A DNA stretch of 64,000 nucleotides from Euglena gracilis (Eukaryota). Shown piece by piece: positions 58,980-64,000 of this stretch (the first letter of the stretch is position 1; each line of letters starts with the position of its first letter). A model generated the notes under the pieces. The model searched no databases, had not been told where the DNA came from, and saw nothing but the letters and a program-made list of their open reading frames with translations. The position numbers were made by a program, and so were the translations under genes. The stretch spans positions 37,929,703 through 37,993,702 of the forward strand of contig CP154954.1 in NCBI GenBank assembly GCA_039621445.1, given 5' to 3'.

Positions 58980-61900
58980 GTAGCGTAATTTGCATCTGCT
59001 GTTAGGGTGATTATATAGGCGGAGGGCATTTTCATTAGGATTGAGGAAGGTTTGGTTTATCAGCTCAAAGCCCTGTATTCACTCATCTCTGGTGTGACCC
59101 CCACATGGGGGTTTTTGAGAGTGGGTGAGCGCGCAGTTGAAGGCCGGGTGGGAAGGGTTTCAAGGGTATTTGACCAACTTTGGAGGTATTTGGGTGGTGC
59201 TCAACGAGGGGGTTGGGCTTTTCTTTTCAACTTGGAAGACCCCCCCCCCCCCGAGGTCGAGGTCTGGGTATGGGAGGAGCCGAAATTTATGGTGTGAAGC
59301 AGTTTTCTATGCAGAAAAATGTCAAAAATATATCTCTGAAGTGCAAACGTTATACTCCACTCAACTTCAGGAAAGACCTCAGAAAATTTTTTTTGATGTG
59401 AAATACAGCAGTAAATTTGTCGAAATTTGTTGAATAGCTGTCCATTTTGGGGAGCCAGCACCTCCTGCGACAAATCCTGAGTTGATACCCCCCCCCAATT
59501 TCTGGCTCGGATTTTGAAGCGGAAGAATAGTACCCAGGGGGTATTATTTGGGGGGGGTTAGTGAAAACAGCTCTCTATCAGGGTTTCGAGGCATGCATGT
59601 GTCTGTGCATGTGCGTGTGCATATGTTTGGGTGTGATATTATCCCCGATCCTGCACTGGGTGCTAGGTTTAGGGTTAGGATTGTGTGGCCAGAGAAGGGG
59701 CCTAACTCCCGTGACCCATTCTCTTCTTAGCCTGGTCGGCAGGGGAAAAGAAAGATAAAGGCTTCCCAACAGTCGCCCGCACAAGGTCACCAGCCCCCAA
59801 CTACGTCCAGCCCGAGTTGCCCGTTTTATTGGGCTCATGTAACAGGATCTCTCTGCCAGAAGGGCCCCAGCAAATGTGGAATCCTGAATTTTGGTTGCCC
59901 AAGCCTCTAAGAGGTTCTGTGGAGGCTGGTTTCCTGGGAGCCTCCGCGGCACACATCTCTTTAAGGTTTGCAGCAGAACTGGGGCTGCTGTAGCAGCCCT
60001 GATTTTGGCCCAGCCTAGCCGCAGCGCCACCCCCCCCCCCCGGGTGCTGCTAGCTAGCTAGTTTGCAGCTAGCCAGTCCCCCGGGAACTGGATCGTCTGG
60101 ATCATTTTGACCTGGCGACCATTTCAAGGGGTGACCCAACTGGATTGGCCAAGACAAAATTTTTGCGAGTGGATTGGTTTTGAGCATACCCTCAAAATAT
60201 GTTATTGGTAATTTTATGGCATTTTTTTTGGACAATTGGATTGCACAATACAAATTTCCATGCACCCCCCATGTAAGGCCAGGTTTTGTGCGGTGATGAG
60301 CTTTACCTGCCTGATGGTGCAATGAGCTGGCATTAACCCTGCAGACCGGCAGCACGGCCCGTCCAGGCCTGAATGCCACAGTGGCCTGGCCTGGCCCAGC
60401 CCGGCCCGACGGCGCAGCGTCCTGGCCCGGTGGCCCGGCCCGGCAAATCAAAATAACTTTAGATAGGGTATCAATATTTTCTCCCCAGCAAGCATCTGGT
60501 CTGCAAGGGACGGGATTTTTTTTCCCCATTGAGGACCGCCCTCAATGGCCACCCTTGGACTTAAGGGCCGGCCGGCCAAGGTCCGAACTGGGGCTTGAGC
60601 ACGGTCGAAAATTGAAAAGTCGAAAAAAACACATTTTTTTTGTCGTTTTGGGTATGTCAATGGTCCAAGGCTCCCGATGTCGACCCACTTTCGCCAAAAT
60701 AGGCCATTATTTGGCCGTTTTTTCTTGTGTATTTTGCGTTGAATGTAGCAGAGTTTTTTTCTCTATTTCCTAAGGACCGCCCGAGCAAATGTAGCTAAAT
60801 TGCCTAAAATGGCCTAAAATGGTCCAAATGGCCTAAAATGCTTTAAAAATCCAAAATGGGCAAATTTTCGGCCTTGACCACATGTGCTTGGTCCCTGTGA
60901 TTTCCTTTAACCCATTTCCATTTTGGGGTATTTTGATTTTTTTTGACCCCAAAGGACCAAACACGGCAATCTCAAAGCAGGCCAGTTCAGCATTCAGAGC
61001 AGAACAGCCATCATAATCCAGGGAAGCCGCTGGGAAAATGAAAATACCACAAGGTAGGGCGTTCCAAGGATTTCATTTGTGGTTGGTGGGTGGGGGGTCG
61101 CCCACCCACAATGCAGGCCTCCTGTGTTTCTAGAGGCGCCCATTTTTAGGTCAGCATTTACTTCGGAGCCGAAGAGCCAATTTTTTTCTTGCACAGTGCT
61201 GTGGTGGGTGTGGGGGGGTCGAACCCCCCACCTCCCGGGTCGGGGGGGGGTCGATCCTCCCACCAGGACTTTTCGTGCAGCCCTGCATGGGGCTCCAGAC
61301 CGACCTCGGGGAGGACACCCATGCCCCGCCAAAATATCAAAGATTTCCTTCCGGTGCCGCAAAATTTTGGCATTTTTGACAAATTTTGTCATCAATGCCC
61401 AAAATGCCATTGTTACTGATCATGGGAGTTGAATTTTTTTTTGGACCATCCTTTCGCACCTGGCTGAAAATCGATCACCCGAACCGCAGCGTTGTTTTAG
61501 AAGGATTGGGTGTCTGGCGATGCCGGCATCAAGAGCGTGGTTGATCAGAGAGGGTTGGTGGGACGACCTCCCCTGCCTGGTGAGGGGTGCGGTACGGCCT
61601 CACGCCACCTGGTATTTAGTAAAGATTTTTTTTGGTGTTCGGGTATCGGAGGAGTTTTTCTTTGTGCAGTTCCATCTTGGGTTGGGGGTCGACCCCTCCT
61701 GCGTTTCATTAAGCGATTGCCCTGGTCCAGCCACCCCTTGTTGGCCCTCAAGTGTGCGTCCCATACTGGATGGTGATCTTGATCTTTTTGGGTTTTTTTT
61801 AAAATTTGTCTGCAACATTTTTTTTTTTTAAAATTTGCTCTGTACCTCCAAATTTCCCAAAAATATATCAGTGCTTATTTTGGATTTTTTTTTATCACTA

Positions 61901-64000
61901 TTACCCATGATTGACAAGAAACTGCTTGCTTGTATGTTTAATTTCTCATGGTGCCAAGATGATGCGTACAATGATAGGTGCAGGGCCCCAAGGGGCTGGG
62001 AGCTGGACCTGGCCCCCAGCCCCAAAAGCCAAACCCCAGATTAAGCATTCTTCAGCCAAGGTGAAAAACCAAAAACCACCGGAAAAATGCCATTTTTTGG
62101 CCATGTTTTGACCCCCTTTTCAAACGTTTTGGCGTTTTGTGCCGAATTTTTTTTCGGCCCAGCCCGGCTTCGCTGGGGTGGCTTGAACTTTATTTCAGCA
62201 GACCCTCCCCCCCCCCCCCCAAGAGGGCTGCACTTTGCAGCCTGGCTGGGAGGAGCTGGCTGGAAAAAAGGTATTGGCTGGCTGGACCACCCTGCAGGAG
62301 CTGGGTCCCCTCCGGCTCAAGAAAACCCTGATTGGGTGCCACCACCCCAGGTGAAAATGCAGGCATTCACTGATTTTTTTTTTTTGGAATTCAGCCCTGT
62401 TGAACCTCCCCTTAATAAGTGAGCAGCACCATAATTATGTGCAGTGCCCTAACACGTTCGCACCCCCACAAGGGCCCGAAACTACCTCCCTAAAAAGTGC
62501 ACCCCCAAGGAGAAATCAAGTCACATCTCAGGTCGGAAAGCACACACAATTCTCAGAAATGTCCTTCTCAGGCAATTATTTCTATCATCCGAGCCCAAAT
62601 TTGGCACATAATCACTTGACTTATTGATTGACTTCACAAGAAGGGGAAAAACTGAAAAAGATTGGTGGAAAATTAGCTGTTTTGTGCTTTGCCCAAGTTT
62701 GTGCACAGTGCCCGAATAAGTGTGCACCCCTTGGGGTCCGAAAACTTCATCCTCAAAATGTGCGCACTACTTTTTAGGGGGGTGTACCCCAGGGGGTGAC
62801 ATGTGGCCGTATAAATATTCTCTTTCCCGAACTGCACCTGTTTTCGGCCAAATATTCCGAGTTTTCCCTCCCTTTTTGGTCGATCTTCAGTCGGAGCCAC
62901 TGAACAGGGGGGGGGGTTTGATGTTTGGCACGAAACCAAAGAGGGGGCTTGTATTTGGCGGGTGTTATTTTTGGGTGGTTCTGATTGGGGGGGGGTTCAT
63001 CAAACCCTAGTTTAGGCCATTTGAGCAAGGCCAGAAATTCAGCCAAAATAGCATGGTTCCCCCGATCATACGTTGATGGATTGACACGATGGTAGAATGT
63101 GGGATAATATTATTTTGGGAGAGCAGGGAGGGTATTTAGGGAGTTATTTTTTTTGTAAGGTCTACCGTACCAAGGTGAATAGGACACAAAGACTCTTCAA
63201 GCATTCGTTAGTGTGCAAAGTGCACACCCCCTCAACAAAGGCCAGCCTCTTGAAAACCTTGAACCACATTTTACACATGCATGTTGTGCGAGCAACACAG
63301 AAAATTGCAGATTGTTTGGCCTGTCCATGCCAAGAATTAGGTCTGTCCTCCTCCACCGTCAGTGATCCACCCAACTGGGCAGGGCTGTACGGGAATCTGC
63401 ACAACCCTACAGGTGGTGGGGAGGGGTCGACCAACCCCCCCCCTCTAGAAGGTGAATGACAATGAAAAAGGTACCATGCTTAATTTGAGTCTTTCCCCAC
63501 CTCCACAAGGCCGACATTTTTTTAAGGAGTTTCACCCGTCGTCCCCCCGGGTGGGTGTTATGGGCAGGCAGGGAAGGGCATTTTTGACCCCAGGTCGAGT
63601 TTTAGGGTGGGCAGTGCTATGGCACATTCCCTGGTGCCAAAGACGCCGGGGCCCCAAAAATGGGGAAAGTTAGGCACCCCTTGTTTTGCGGTTTTTGTCT
63701 TTTTGTGTTTTTTTCTGCGTTGCATTCTGCGAGGGCCCCCGTCTTGTCTCCTCTGCTGTCCGATGCAGTGATGGGCTTTGAATTGCTTGTGCCGAAGGGG
63801 GGGCCAAAGTGCTTTTCCCAAGCTGTTTAGGAACCCAAGTGCTCAATTATTTTGCATGTTTCAACTTCAACCTCTTTGTTTTTCCTTGTGGTTTTTTGAA
63901 ATTTCCTCTTTTTCCTGGTGTGCCTCGCACTTTGCAGGCCTTTGGTTAGACTTGCAAACATCTTTTGAATCCCCCTCCCCATCGTGCAAAGCGCTGCAGT

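Noticed and set aside
1-64000. rRNA, tRNA or spliced-leader RNA genes; intact transposase or reverse transcriptase
   Set aside because: None recognised by eye. A covariance-model and HMM scan would be needed to exclude small or intron-split cases.

Overview
Eukaryotic, repeat-saturated nuclear DNA, most likely from a euglenid. This is inferred from GT-AG introns coexisting with non-conventional introns (N3-CAG...CTG-N5 ends that base-pair). Almost all ORFs in the supplied track are spurious reads of G/C-tract-rich elements. Two divergent genes can be assembled by hand. One is a minus-strand two-RRM (ELAV/CELF-like) RNA-binding protein, about 24695 to 3897, with a 14.2-kb non-conventional intron. 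The other is a plus-strand multi-EF-hand protein, 44999 to beyond 58979, incomplete at both ends. The rest is nested non-autonomous DNA elements with TA, 8-bp (CAG...CTG, hAT-like) or 9-bp (Mutator-like) target duplications. There are two main observations. (1) Two divergent copies of an unclassified element have a ~115-nt left-terminal foldback hairpin, direct-repeat arrays, and remnants of a protein with a conserved N-terminus and a C-terminal PHD finger; the copy with an empty-site paralogue shows no clear TSD. (2) Two non-conventional introns retain decayed 8-bp duplications in exactly the geometry of the local CAG...CTG elements, suggesting these elements create introns. All coordinates and splice models were derived by eye and need RNA-seq confirmation.
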